Positions 19,057-28,526 of a DNA stretch of 64,000 nt are shown here, piece by piece (position 1 is the stretch's first letter; each line of letters starts with the position of its first letter). Both the position numbers and the translations under genes were made by a program. The notes under the pieces were generated by a model. That model saw only the letters and a list, made by a program, of their open reading frames with translations, was not told where the DNA came from and did no database searches. Origin of the DNA: Gemmatimonadales bacterium (lineage in GTDB: Bacteria; Gemmatimonadota; Gemmatimonadetes; Gemmatimonadales; GWC2-71-9); NCBI GenBank assembly GCA_037189525.1, contig JBBCJC010000005.1, forward strand, positions 1,056,001 through 1,120,000. The letters are read 5' to 3'.

Positions 19057-21335
19057 TGACCCCGTGACCGCGCCAGCGCCGTCTGGAGCCGCGCAGCAAG
19101 CGCGCGGGCCCGAAACGGCTTGGTCAGAAAATCGTCGGCCCCCAGTTCGAGAACCCGCACCTCGTTCTCTTCGTCGCCTTTGGCCGTCAGGACCACGATC
19201 GGCAGGTTGCGGGTCGCCTCGCGAGAGCGCACCTGCGACAGCACAGTGTATCCGTCGACCCCAGGCAAATTCAGGTCGAGCAGCATCAGATCCGGATTCG
19301 TCCGATCGATCTCGGCCAGCGCTTCGGCCCCGTCGCGCGCCTCGAGCACGGTGTATCCCTGACGTTCGAGCAGATCCCGCATGACGCGCCGGAGCTGGTC
19401 CTCATCGTCGACCAGCAACACCACCGCACCCCGCCGAGTGACCTCGAATTTGGCCGGAGGCAGGTCGATCTCATCGACCAGTTCGAAGCCGTCGAGCGGG
19501 TCCGGCACCGCGCGCCGATCGAACGGAGATGGCGTCAGGCGATCCCGCGAGGACGGCGTGATGCGGTCACGGGACGGCGCCGGCTCGGGCGAGGCCGATA
19601 ACGCGGGCAACGATCGCGGAGTCGGTCGCGGCGGGGGCGGCTCGGGCAGAGGCTCCCTGGGAGGATCGGTCACCCGGAGCACCTCCTCGATCGAGGTGGT
19701 ACCGAGGAGCACGTGCCGCAAAGCACTCTCGAAGAGCGATCGCATTCCGTCGGCACGGGCCGCAATGGCGATCTTGTCGGCGGTGGCGCCGGAGGCAATC
19801 AACCGTTCGAGCGTTTCGGTCATCACCAGGACCTCGACGATGGCAAATCGCCCGCGGTAGCCGGTCTGCGAGCACTCCGAACACCCGACCGCCTTGAAGC
19901 GCGGCGCATCGGGCGCAACGTAGGCTTTGATCTTGCTCGGCAGCGGATCGGTGTCCTGTGCGCGGCAGGCGGTACAGAGCCGCCGCATCAGTCGCTGCGC
20001 AACGATGCCCCGGAGGGCCGACCCGATCTTGTAGGCCTCCATCCCGATGTCGAGCAGACGGGTAATCGTGTTCGGCGCATCGTTGGTGTGCAGGGTCGAC
20101 AGCACCAAATGGCCCGTCAGAGAGGCCTGCACCGCAATCTGCGCCGTCTCCCGATCGCGGATTTCGCCGATCAGCACGACGTCGGGGTCCTGCCGGAGGA
20201 TCGAACGCAGCGCCGACGGAAAGGTCAGACCGGCTCGCTCGTTGATCTGCACCTGCACGATGTTCTGACCGAGCCGATACTCGACCGGGTCCTCGACCGT
20301 CACGATGTTGACGCCGGTGTTCTGCACCGTGCGGAGCGCGGCATAGAGCGTGGTGGTCTTGCCGGAACCCGTCGGCCCGGTCACCAGCAGAATCCCTTCC
20401 TTGTTCTGCAGCAGGCCCAGGATCACATCCTGCTCATCCTGCTCGTACCCCAACGCCTCGAGATCCAGGACCGTCGCCTTGGCATTGAGAATTCGGATCA
20501 CGACCTTCTCGCCCAGCGACGCAGGCAGCGTCGACACACGGAGATCGACCGGCTGACCGTTGACGGCGACCCGACACCGGCCGTCCTGCGGCCGGAGACG
20601 ATCGGCAATGTCCATCCCGGACATGATCTTGATCCGGGAAATGAGCGGAATGCCCGCCGAGCGCGGGATCTTCATGACCTCGCGCAGCACGCCGTCGATC
20701 CGGTAGCGAACGATCACGCCGCCTTCCGTCGGCTCGACATGCACGTCGCTGGCCCGGCTGGTAATCCCGTCGGCGAGCAAGGTGTCGACCAGCTTGATGA
20801 TCGGGCGAGCGCGCGCTTCGTCGGCCGTGGCCGTCAGATCATCCGGCTCGTCCGCCAGCTGCTGCACATCCGCATCGTCCGCGATCCCATCGAGCAACTT
20901 TTCGACCAGATCATCCGGCCGGTAGACCTCATCGATCTTGTCGCGAATCTTGCTCGGCGAGGCCAGCATCAGACGCACTTCGAGCCCGGTCGCAAACGCG
21001 AGCATCTTCTCGGCGTCGATGTCGAACGGATTGGCGGTGGCAATCTCGACCCAGCTGTTGGTCGCGCGAATCGGGAAGACGCTGTACTTGCGCGCGACCT
21101 GCTCAGGAACCTGCTCGATCACCCGGCGATCGACCTGCGCCAGATCGGCAACCGGCATGCGGAAGCGTTCCGAAACCGCCCGAAGCACCTGGTCATCGGA
21201 CAGGATGCGGCGGTCGATGATCATCTGCCATACCGAGGGCGTCGGACCGGAGGCTTGTCGGCGGAGATCGTCCAGCGTCGCTTCCGGCACCAGTGCCGTC
21301 AAGGCGGGGACGAGCCATTCATCCGCAAATTGCAT
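19053..21335 (-). CDS. GspE/PilB-family secretion/pilus ATPase fused to a C-terminal receiver domain
   Basis: ASDVHVEP, PQDGR, GPTGSGKT, TVEDPVEY, RQDPDVVLIGEIRD, STLHTN, two CxxC motifs; REC VLLVDDE...PDLMLLD...LTAK...KPF. Confidence 0.93.
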   Translation of the reverse strand: MQFADEWLVPALTALVPEATLDDLRRQASGPTPSVWQMIIDRRILSDDQVLRAVSERFRMPVADLAQVDRRVIEQVPEQVARKYSVFPIRATNSWVEIATANPFDIDAEKMLAFATGLEVRLMLASPSKIRDKIDEVYRPDDLVEKLLDGIADDADVQQLADEPDDLTATADEARARPIIKLVDTLLADGITSRASDVHVEPTEGGVIVRYRIDGVLREVMKIPRSAGIPLISRIKIMSGMDIADRLRPQDGRCRVAVNGQPVDLRVSTLPASLGEKVVIRILNAKATVLDLEALGYEQDEQDVILGLLQNKEGILLVTGPTGSGKTTTLYAALRTVQNTGVNIVTVEDPVEYRLGQNIVQVQINERAGLTFPSALRSILRQDPDVVLIGEIRDRETAQIAVQASLTGHLVLSTLHTNDAPNTITRLLDIGMEAYKIGSALRGIVAQRLMRRLCTACRAQDTDPLPSKIKAYVAPDAPRFKAVGCSECSQTGYRGRFAIVEVLVMTETLERLIASGATADKIAIAARADGMRSLFESALRHVLLGTTSIEEVLRVTDPPREPLPEPPPPRPTPRSLPALSASPEPAPSRDRITPSSRDRLTPSPFDRRAVPDPLDGFELVDEIDLPPAKFEVTRRGAVVLLVDDEDQLRRVMRDLLERQGYTVLEARDGAEALAEIDRTNPDLMLLDLNLPGVDGYTVLSQVRSREATRNLPIVVLTAKGDEENEVRVLELGADDFLTKPFRARALAARLQTALARSRGH

Positions 21336-21393
21336 CGGCAGGACCTGTAGGAGTGCGTTGGGTGCTCAACGCAAAATAGGTGTAAGGCCATCG

Positions 21394-23421
21394 CTATAGA
21401 ATCGGCCACCAGGCTCGGGCGACATCCACCGACAGGGAAAGCCCTCCCTGACCCCGAAGCCCCTGTCCGACTTCGACACGGAGGAGACGATCGAACGCCT
21501 CGACGGCGACCCCGAGCGTCGGGCGAACTCCCGCCGAAGCGCGCCAGGGCATTCCCGCCAGCTCCCCACCGGCAACCCCGGCCCCGACGACGGGTCCGAC
21601 CCAAAGGCGGGAGCCGGTCCGTCCGAACGCACCCAGCCGCACCGACGGTCCCGGCAGCGGGTAGAGCCACTCGGCGGCGCCCCAACTCGCCCGCCGCCCC
21701 CCGAATGCCCGAAACGGTTCACCCGGCAGCGAGCCGGACCCGCCGAACACGAAGGCCCGATGATTCGGCAGCTCCGCAGTCCCGACGCCGGCCACGATCC
21801 GGCCCCCGAGTTCACCGCCGGCCAAAGGTCGCGCCACCGCGGCCATGCCGACCACTCGGCCGTAGGTCACGCCCCCCGCCCCCGCCTCGGCGCGTAGCGT
21901 GACGCGCCCGCGGCGTCCCGACGGGCGATCGGACGAATACTCGAGTTCCATCCGCCCGACCCAATCCGCCCCGCCTCCGAGCGCCGGATTGGGACGATAG
22001 CTGTTCCGCGCCGGTTCCGCCCCTGTCGCCACCGACCGGGCTCGTTCGCGCGCCACCTCGAACCCCGCCATCGTTGCGCCGCCGAGGGCCACCCGGGCGC
22101 CCAGCCCGACCCGATCGAGCAGCACGTAGTCGCCCAAGTCGCGGCCGCCCTCTTGCGCGGCAATCGAATTGATCACGCCGCTCGTGGCCGGAACGTCACC
22201 GATATCCGCTACCGTATGCTGCGCAAAGGCCGACCAGCGAACGCCGCCCGCCTCTCGGGCCGCGTCGACCCGCCAGGTCAGGCGCCGGTCGGCCATCCCA
22301 TACCCCGCGGCCACACCGAGCCGGTCGATCGGACCCACTCGGGCGCTGACGCCGGCCCCCAGGCGCAGACCTTCGACCCGGTTGACCCGGATCACGTCAC
22401 TCACCCGGGACGCCGCCAGCCGGCCGCGCGGCAAGCCGATCAGGCCGCGCGCGCGAACCAACCGCGCCGCCTGCGCGCGCAAGCCCTCCAACCCCGACTC
22501 AGACCGGCGCACCAGGGCGGAATCGAGCGCAGCAAGCAGGGTTCCCGGCAGCGCCTGCCCGCCCGGCCGAGCCAGACCGCCCACCGAGCCCGGAGCGCCC
22601 TCGACCGGGATCGCGGCCTGGTTGAGCTGGTGCGCATCGATGTCCCACTGCCCGCGAATGATGCCGCGGAACGGGAAGTCCATCACCGCCGATCCACGCC
22701 GGATTTCGATGTCCTGGCGGAGCGGCAGCCAATAGCGGCCGTCGACCAAGGTCCGCTCGAATCGGACGGTGATGTCCTCGATGGCACGGTCCCGATAGGC
22801 CGCCGGTGTAAACGAGAGCTCGGTCCGCACCGCCGCTCCGCGAGCGCGGTCGATGTAGAACGTTCCCACCACCCCGGGCGCCGATGGCACCTTGGGCCGA
22901 ACCTCCAGCGCCATCACCGTAATCTGCTCGGCAGGCAGCGTGATGCGGATCGAATCCCGGAGACGATACTCGTACAGATCGAATCCGGCCGGCGAGAGGG
23001 GATGGATGACGCCCGCCACTTCGTCGCCGTGCCCGATCCAGATCGCGGCGCCAAACTCGTCCGGAATGATGGCCAGATGATCGCGATGGTAGTCGAGGGG
23101 CGTCGGCGCCAGTGTGGTATCGCGCCAGGAGCGAATCAGTTGCTTGCTCCGGTCCGGCCTCTCCCAATACACTTCGACCGCGAGTTCGTCCGCTCTGATG
23201 AGACGCGACGCCAGCCCTTCCGGGCCCAACGCCGCCAGAAAGGTCACCACGCCGTGCGCCCGCGCCGAGTACGCCAGGAGGGAGGAGTCCGCCACCAGCG
23301 CCATCCGACTGCCGATGGCATGCTCGGCCAGGCGCAAAGCGGCCGGGTCATTCCACTCCTGGGCTCCGAGCGGCGCCACCGCGCCGAGCAGCCCGATCAG
23401 CATCCACGCCCTGGCCATCAC
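21394..23421 (-). CDS. Secreted/outer-membrane beta-barrel-like protein
   Basis: Signal peptide ending LGAQ, amphipathic beta strands, RVNRVEGL motif, C-terminal WWPIL. TATATT 6 nt upstream of GTG suggests a leaderless transcript. Confidence 0.7.
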   Translation of the reverse strand: MMARAWMLIGLLGAVAPLGAQEWNDPAALRLAEHAIGSRMALVADSSLLAYSARAHGVVTFLAALGPEGLASRLIRADELAVEVYWERPDRSKQLIRSWRDTTLAPTPLDYHRDHLAIIPDEFGAAIWIGHGDEVAGVIHPLSPAGFDLYEYRLRDSIRITLPAEQITVMALEVRPKVPSAPGVVGTFYIDRARGAAVRTELSFTPAAYRDRAIEDITVRFERTLVDGRYWLPLRQDIEIRRGSAVMDFPFRGIIRGQWDIDAHQLNQAAIPVEGAPGSVGGLARPGGQALPGTLLAALDSALVRRSESGLEGLRAQAARLVRARGLIGLPRGRLAASRVSDVIRVNRVEGLRLGAGVSARVGPIDRLGVAAGYGMADRRLTWRVDAAREAGGVRWSAFAQHTVADIGDVPATSGVINSIAAQEGGRDLGDYVLLDRVGLGARVALGGATMAGFEVARERARSVATGAEPARNSYRPNPALGGGADWVGRMELEYSSDRPSGRRGRVTLRAEAGAGGVTYGRVVGMAAVARPLAGGELGGRIVAGVGTAELPNHRAFVFGGSGSLPGEPFRAFGGRRASWGAAEWLYPLPGPSVRLGAFGRTGSRLWVGPVVGAGVAGGELAGMPWRASAGVRPTLGVAVEAFDRLLRVEVGQGLRGQGGLSLSVDVARAWWPIL

Positions 23422-24063
23422 CGGCGCAATATACCGATCCTGCTCGCGCTGCTGGCAGCGGTCGGCGGCTGCGGCATCCCCGACCCGGCCCCGCCAATCC
23501 CGAATCGCGGCCCGGCCGTGATTCCGCCGCCGCAGCCCGGCCGGCTCGAGAGCACGTTCATTCTCGAATCCACCGGCACGCCGCCGGACGACACGACCCT
23601 GGTGATTCCCGGAGGCCAGCGGCGCATCATCAGCTTGCGGCGCGGGCCGCCCGACAACAGTCTCTTTGCCGTGGTCATCATCGCCGACTCCACGCTCACA
23701 TCGCTGGCCGATACGACGACACCGCCTGCCAAGCCGGACACCACACGTGCTACGCCAGCTGCGGACTCGATCCGGATCAGCGTCAATGTCCTGCCCGGCC
23801 GCTATGGTATCGATCTCGACATCCAGGGCGGGCGGCTGACGTCACTGGTGACGGTGGCGATGAGTTACGCCCTCGACTTCGTCGCCCCGGCCGGCGCGCG
23901 CGAACGATACGGCGGCGATCTGGGTTACGAGGCGGCACTCTTCCTGGCCCGGCTCGAACCCGACGGACGAGTCGTCTATCTGCCGACCTCTCGCCCAGGG
24001 TCCGATCTCCTGGCGGCGCGCGTTCCCGGTCCGGGGCGCTACGTCGTCGCCGCGCCGCAATGA
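23320..24063 (+). CDS. Hypothetical lipoprotein (start uncertain)
   Basis: 3' part of ORF 22153-24063: RRNIPILLALLAAVGGC lipobox and a protein-like body; stop overlaps the next ATG (ATGA). Nearest in-frame ATG is 23320. Confidence 0.65.
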   Translation: MLGQAQSGRVIPLLGSERRHRAEQPDQHPRPGHHRRNIPILLALLAAVGGCGIPDPAPPIPNRGPAVIPPPQPGRLESTFILESTGTPPDDTTLVIPGGQRRIISLRRGPPDNSLFAVVIIADSTLTSLADTTTPPAKPDTTRATPAADSIRISVNVLPGRYGIDLDIQGGRLTSLVTVAMSYALDFVAPAGARERYGGDLGYEAALFLARLEPDGRVVYLPTSRPGSDLLAARVPGPGRYVVAAPQ

Positions 24064-25583
24064 CGACGGCCGCGCACACCCTGATCGGCGTCGGGCACAG
24101 CGAGCGGATCGTCGTTTCGCAGGGACAGCCGCTCATCCTTGGCCGGTCGCCCGATTGCGACGCCGTCCTGCCGGACCCGACCGTGTCCCGCCGCCATGCG
24201 GAGCTGACGGCAACGCCGCACAGCCTGGTCGTTCGCGATCTGGGCAGTTCCAATGGGACGACGATCAACGGTGTGCGGGTCTCGACCGGCGAACTCTTCC
24301 CGGGTGATTCCGTCCTGTTCGGCAAGGTGGCCTTCCGCTTCGACCAGCCCGCCAATCCGCACGATGCGCACGCCGATCAGGCGCCCGAAGGCACCGTGGT
24401 GCGATCACTCCCCGGCGCGGCGAATCTCGATGCCAGCCTGCCGGCGCAACGCCTGGCCCGCATCCTGGACGTCGCGACGCGGCTCTCGGGTGAGTTCGAA
24501 ACGGATAAGCTGATCGAAGCGATCGTCGATCTGTCGTTCGACCTGCTGCCGGTCGATCGCGTCTCGCTGCTCCTGCTCGACGCCGCCTCCGGAGAACTCG
24601 TCCCGGCCCGGCAGAAGAGCCGCCTGGGCGACGAAGCAGCCATGCGTGTCCCCCGTTCGATCGCGCAGCGCGCCGTCACCGACCGGGTCCCGATCCTGAC
24701 CGAAAATGCCGAAGCCGACGAGCGATTCCGCAGCGGCTCGGTCATCCTGCAGCGGGTCCGCGCGGCGATCTCGACCCCACTCCTCGCCTCGCGCGACCGT
24801 GTGTTAGGCGTGCTCTACGTCGACACACTCACGGCCACCCGCCCGTTCGAGGACGAAGAGGCCGCCATGCTCTTTGCCTTTGGCGGGCTCGCGGCCGTGA
24901 GCCTGGGCAAGCTGGCGTACGCCGAAGAGAACCGGCGCGAAGCGCAGATCCGCGCCAACTTCGAGCGGTTCTTCGCGCCCGAAGTGGCCGCGCGCATCGC
25001 ACGGGAGCCCACCGCCATCCAGTTGGCCGGCGATCGCCGCCCGGCGACCGTGCTCTTCAGCGACATCCGCGGCTTTACCGCCATTGCCGAAACCATGGCG
25101 CCGGATGCACTGAGCCGGCTCCTGACCGACTACTTCACCGAAATGGTCGATGTGGTGTTCGAGTGGGGTGGCACGCTCGACAAATTCATCGGCGATGCCA
25201 TCCTGGCCGTCTGGGGTGTTCCGCTCGGCGGCCCCGACGATGCCGCGCAGGCCATCGGCGCCGCGCGCGCCATGCAGGCCCGGCTCGACGCGTTCAATCG
25301 CCGCTCGATGCAGATCGGTCGCCCCGCGCTCGCCATCGGCATCGGTATCAATCACGGTGAGGTCTTTGCCGGATACTTGGGCAGCGAGCGCCGCCTGGAA
25401 TACAGCGTCATCGGCGATACGGTCAACGTGGCGTCCCGCCTGGCCGATGCCGCGGCCGCGGGAGAAATTCGGGTGGCCGAGGCGGTGATTCGCCAGCTCC
25501 GTACCCCGCCGCCGCTCGAGCAGGTCACCAGCCTCGAGCTGCGCGGCAAGCGAAATCCCGTGCCGGTCTACCGCCTCAGCTGA
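24060..25583 (+). CDS. FHA-GAF-class III adenylate cyclase
   Basis: FHA (GR..D..L.DPTVSRRHA...DLGSSNGT), GAF (GVLYVD), cyclase FSDIRGFT, DKFIGDA (Lys suggests ATP), YSVIGDTVNVASRL. Confidence 0.92.
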   Translation: MTTAAHTLIGVGHSERIVVSQGQPLILGRSPDCDAVLPDPTVSRRHAELTATPHSLVVRDLGSSNGTTINGVRVSTGELFPGDSVLFGKVAFRFDQPANPHDAHADQAPEGTVVRSLPGAANLDASLPAQRLARILDVATRLSGEFETDKLIEAIVDLSFDLLPVDRVSLLLLDAASGELVPARQKSRLGDEAAMRVPRSIAQRAVTDRVPILTENAEADERFRSGSVILQRVRAAISTPLLASRDRVLGVLYVDTLTATRPFEDEEAAMLFAFGGLAAVSLGKLAYAEENRREAQIRANFERFFAPEVAARIAREPTAIQLAGDRRPATVLFSDIRGFTAIAETMAPDALSRLLTDYFTEMVDVVFEWGGTLDKFIGDAILAVWGVPLGGPDDAAQAIGAARAMQARLDAFNRRSMQIGRPALAIGIGINHGEVFAGYLGSERRLEYSVIGDTVNVASRLADAAAAGEIRVAEAVIRQLRTPPPLEQVTSLELRGKRNPVPVYRLS

Positions 25584-26163
25584 CGGGCGCCGTAAACCGG
25601 TAGGGGCGCCCGGCCTGGGCCAGCAGGTCGATCACCAGACGGACCGGCAACCCCATCACGCCGAAAAAGTCGCCTTCGATCCGCTCGACCAGCGCGGCTC
25701 CGTACCCCTGGATACCGTAACTGCCCGCCTTGTCCATCGGCTCCCCGGTGGCGACATACGACCGGAGCCAATCGGTCGTCGCCGGGCGAAAGAAGACCGC
25801 GGTCACATCCTGCGCCTGCAACTCGACCCCATCGGCAATCAGGCAGATCGAGGTGATGACGTCGTGCCGGCGGCCCTGGAGCCGTTCCAGCATCCGGACT
25901 GCGTCGTCGGCATCGGCCGGCTTTTCGAGGATGGCATCGTCGATCACGACGATGGTATCCGCACCAAGCACGAACTGTCCGGGCACGGCCCGCGCCTTGT
26001 CGCGCGCCAGACGAGCGGAGTACGCGCCAGGACGCTCTCTGGGCAGAGGAATTTCCTGGACATCCGCCGCGGATACGATGACCGGAATGCCCAGCATCTC
26101 GAGCAGCTGCCTGCGACGCGGCGATTTGGACGCGAGAACGATCGGCCGGTCAGGCATGTTCAC
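25576..26163 (-). CDS. maf: Maf family nucleoside triphosphate pyrophosphatase (YhdE-like)
   Basis: LASKSPRRRQLL, GADTIV, EKP, DKAGSYGIQG, GLP. Confidence 0.93.
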   Translation of the reverse strand: MNMPDRPIVLASKSPRRRQLLEMLGIPVIVSAADVQEIPLPRERPGAYSARLARDKARAVPGQFVLGADTIVVIDDAILEKPADADDAVRMLERLQGRRHDVITSICLIADGVELQAQDVTAVFFRPATTDWLRSYVATGEPMDKAGSYGIQGYGAALVERIEGDFFGVMGLPVRLVIDLLAQAGRPYRFTAPVS

Positions 26164-26596
26164 GCTCGAGCATCAGGGTCACCGGGCCGTCGTTATGAAT
26201 TTCGACCAGCATGTCGGCGCCGAACTGCCCGGTGCCGACGTGAAAGCCCCGCGCCGCGAGCTGCGCGCAGAACGATTCGTAGAGCGGAATGGCCTGCTCC
26301 GGACGGGCCGCCTCGATGAAGGACGGCCGGCGGCCTTTGGCCGCGTCGCCATACAGCGTGAATTGCGAGACGACGAGAAAGCCGCCGCCGACGTCGCTCA
26401 GCCCCAGATTCATCTTCCCTTCGGCATCGGCAAAGAGCCGGAGGCCGATCACCTTGTCGACCATCCAGCTCACTTCGTCGGGTGTATCGGAATGGGTGAA
26501 TCCGACCAGGAGACAGAACCCGCGGTCGACCTGCCCCACGACCTCGCCGCCGATCGACACCGACGCCCGCGCCACCCGCTGCAACAGCACTCGCAT
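26150..26596 (-). CDS. dtd: D-aminoacyl-tRNA deacylase
   Basis: MRVLLQRV, VSQFTL, KGRRPSF, NDGPVT. Confidence 0.97.
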   Translation of the reverse strand: MRVLLQRVARASVSIGGEVVGQVDRGFCLLVGFTHSDTPDEVSWMVDKVIGLRLFADAEGKMNLGLSDVGGGFLVVSQFTLYGDAAKGRRPSFIEAARPEQAIPLYESFCAQLAARGFHVGTGQFGADMLVEIHNDGPVTLMLEREHA

Positions 26597-26718
26597 TCCG
26601 TTTTCCTTGCGCCAACGATCAGACCCGGAGACTCACGACGTCACGAAAGTCGCTGGCCCGATCGTGGTTGACAAGGGAATGCCGAGAGCGGACGAATGCC
26701 CGCTCCCGCGCCGATTTA

Positions 26719-27261
26719 CTACTTGGTGAGCGTCGCCTGCACCTCGAGCACGACCTTGAGATCGTTACCGACCAAGACCCCGCCCGTTTCCAAGGTCTGA
26801 TTGAAGGTCAGACCGAAGTCTCGACGATCAATCTTGGTAGCCGCGCTGAAGCTGATCCGTTCGCCGCCCCACGGGTCCCGGCCTCGGCCCTCGTAGGTCG
26901 CGGCCAGCGCCACTTCCCGCGTGGTGCCGTGAATGGTCAGATCACCGACCACGGTGAATTCATCTCCGGGCGCGGCGAAGGCGCCTTCGATTCGGCGGCT
27001 GGCGAAGGTAATCACCGGGTACTTCTCGACTTCCAGGAAGTCGGCCGAACGGAGGTGGTCATCACGCTGCTGAGCCCGGGTATCGATCGACGCCGCCTGA
27101 ATCTCGACCTCGACTTTGGATTGGGCGCCGTCCTGCACGATGGTACCGGACACGGCATCAAACCGGCCTTTGACTGTCGTGATCATCAGGTGCTTGGTGG
27201 AAAACTCGACGACGGTATGGCTCGGATCGATCGTCCAGGTCGTAGCGGTGGTGGCGGACAT
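26719..27261 (-). CDS. YceI family polyisoprenoid-binding protein
   Basis: WTIDPSHT.V.F...H, RDDHLRSADF, GDLTIHG, DPWG, IDRRDFG. GGAG RBS before ATG 27261. Confidence 0.93.
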   Translation of the reverse strand: MSATTATTWTIDPSHTVVEFSTKHLMITTVKGRFDAVSGTIVQDGAQSKVEVEIQAASIDTRAQQRDDHLRSADFLEVEKYPVITFASRRIEGAFAAPGDEFTVVGDLTIHGTTREVALAATYEGRGRDPWGGERISFSAATKIDRRDFGLTFNQTLETGGVLVGNDLKVVLEVQATLTK

Positions 27262-27323
27262 GAGATGTGCTCCTTCCAAGGGTAATCGTTGTTGAGATGA
27301 ATTCACTGTGTCGGCGGCGGCCG

Positions 27324-27947
27324 TCACGCCACACGCATCAACTGATCGAGCGGCAATCGGTGATGCGGAAACCCGGACTCCGCCCCACGTCCGATCGCTA
27401 CCAGCGCCACCACCCGGGCATGCGCCGGAAGGTCGAGCAGTTGTTTGACCGCCTCGGCGTCGAACCCGGCCATGGGAGAGGTCTGGTAACCATGCGCCTC
27501 CGCGGTCAGGAGCAGATAGCCAAGAGCGATGAATCCCTGCTCCGCACCCCACGCCTCCCGTTCCGCGTCGGACATCTTCGCAAAGACGCCCTGGATGTGG
27601 GTCTGGGCCTGGGCCTGCCGCTCCGCGGGCATGTCGGGATGGACCACCCGGTCCAGCGTGGCCAGCGTGGCCTGCATGTCGGTGTAGAGCACCAGCACCG
27701 CCGGGGCCGACCGGACCTGCCGCTGGTTGTGCGCAGCTGACGTCAACGCCTCCCGCAGCTCGGCCGACTCGACCGTCACGAAACGCCACGGTTGGAGATT
27801 GAAGGCCGACGGCGCCAAACGCACCACATCCAGAATCGCTTCGAGCTCGTGGGCCGGAATCGGATCGGTGCGATAGGTACGAATCGAACGGCGCGCCCGG
27901 GCCGCAGCATCGACAGTCAGGATGTCGGTCGTCGCAAGATCACTCAC
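27324..27947 (-). CDS. Nitroreductase family protein
   Basis: RRSIRTY, LAPSAFNLQPWRF, TSPMAGFD. GGAGG RBS places the start at GTG 27947. Confidence 0.92.
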   Translation of the reverse strand: MSDLATTDILTVDAAARARRSIRTYRTDPIPAHELEAILDVVRLAPSAFNLQPWRFVTVESAELREALTSAAHNQRQVRSAPAVLVLYTDMQATLATLDRVVHPDMPAERQAQAQTHIQGVFAKMSDAEREAWGAEQGFIALGYLLLTAEAHGYQTSPMAGFDAEAVKQLLDLPAHARVVALVAIGRGAESGFPHHRLPLDQLMRVA

Positions 27948-27962
27948 TGGGTGTTCCTCCAT

Positions 27963-27980
27963 CTGGTGTTACAACATCTA
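27963..27980. promoter_or_regulatory. Second MarR operator copy upstream of the nitroreductase
   Basis: Shares the GTGTTACAACA core with the palindrome at 28478-28495. Confidence 0.65.
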
Positions 27981-27998
27981 TTCTCAGAAAAAAAGCCC

Positions 27999-28466
27999 TC
28001 ACGGCCTCGCGCGCACCTCGGCCAGAAGGTCGATCAACGCCCGCAGTCGCTCCGCGCCCAGGTGGCCCAGCAGGCGCTGGTTCCCGGCAGCCACGACCGG
28101 ATCGAGCTCCGCCAGGAGCGTCGCACCGGCCTCGGTGAGGCGGGCGGTGACGTAGCGCCGATCGGGCGTATCCCGATCTCGAGTGACCAGGCCCAGGAAT
28201 ACCAGACGATCCAGCAGGCGCGTGGCATCGGGCACGGGCGCCACCATCCTGTCCCGCACTTCGTTCCGGCAGAGGCCCTGAGGCCCCGCTCCCCGGAGGA
28301 TCCGCAGCACGTTGTACTGCGTGGCCGTGATCCCGTACGGCCGAAGCATCTCCGCCGTCGCATGGTCGAGACACGCCGCCGTCCGAGCAAGACTCACCGC
28401 CGCCTCAGCCTCGGGCGAGGGGAACGGCTTGCTCTGGCGAAGCTCTTCCTGCAACGTTATGGACAT
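27999..28466 (-). CDS. MarR family transcriptional regulator
   Basis: GITATQYNVLRILRG, TRLLDRLV..GLVTR....DRR...ARLTEAG. ATG 28466. Confidence 0.93.
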   Translation of the reverse strand: MSITLQEELRQSKPFPSPEAEAAVSLARTAACLDHATAEMLRPYGITATQYNVLRILRGAGPQGLCRNEVRDRMVAPVPDATRLLDRLVFLGLVTRDRDTPDRRYVTARLTEAGATLLAELDPVVAAGNQRLLGHLGAERLRALIDLLAEVRARP

Positions 28467-28502
28467 AATTGTAATATTAAGTGTTACAACACTTATTGTC
28501 AA
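28467..28502 (-). promoter_or_regulatory. Sigma70 leaderless promoter with overlapping MarR operator
   Basis: TTGACA-N17-TAATAT-N7-ATG. The spacer contains the inverted repeat TAAGTGTT-GT-AACACTTA (28478-28495). Confidence 0.8.
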
Positions 28503-28526
28503 GAGTGCCGGGATAGACTCGCCCGT

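Noticed and set aside
26593..26682. Long pairing that would sequester the dtd RBS and start
   Set aside because: A TTGTCA-N17-GACTTT promoter candidate inside it would exclude the 5' arm from the transcript; the pairing is bulged and plausible by chance.
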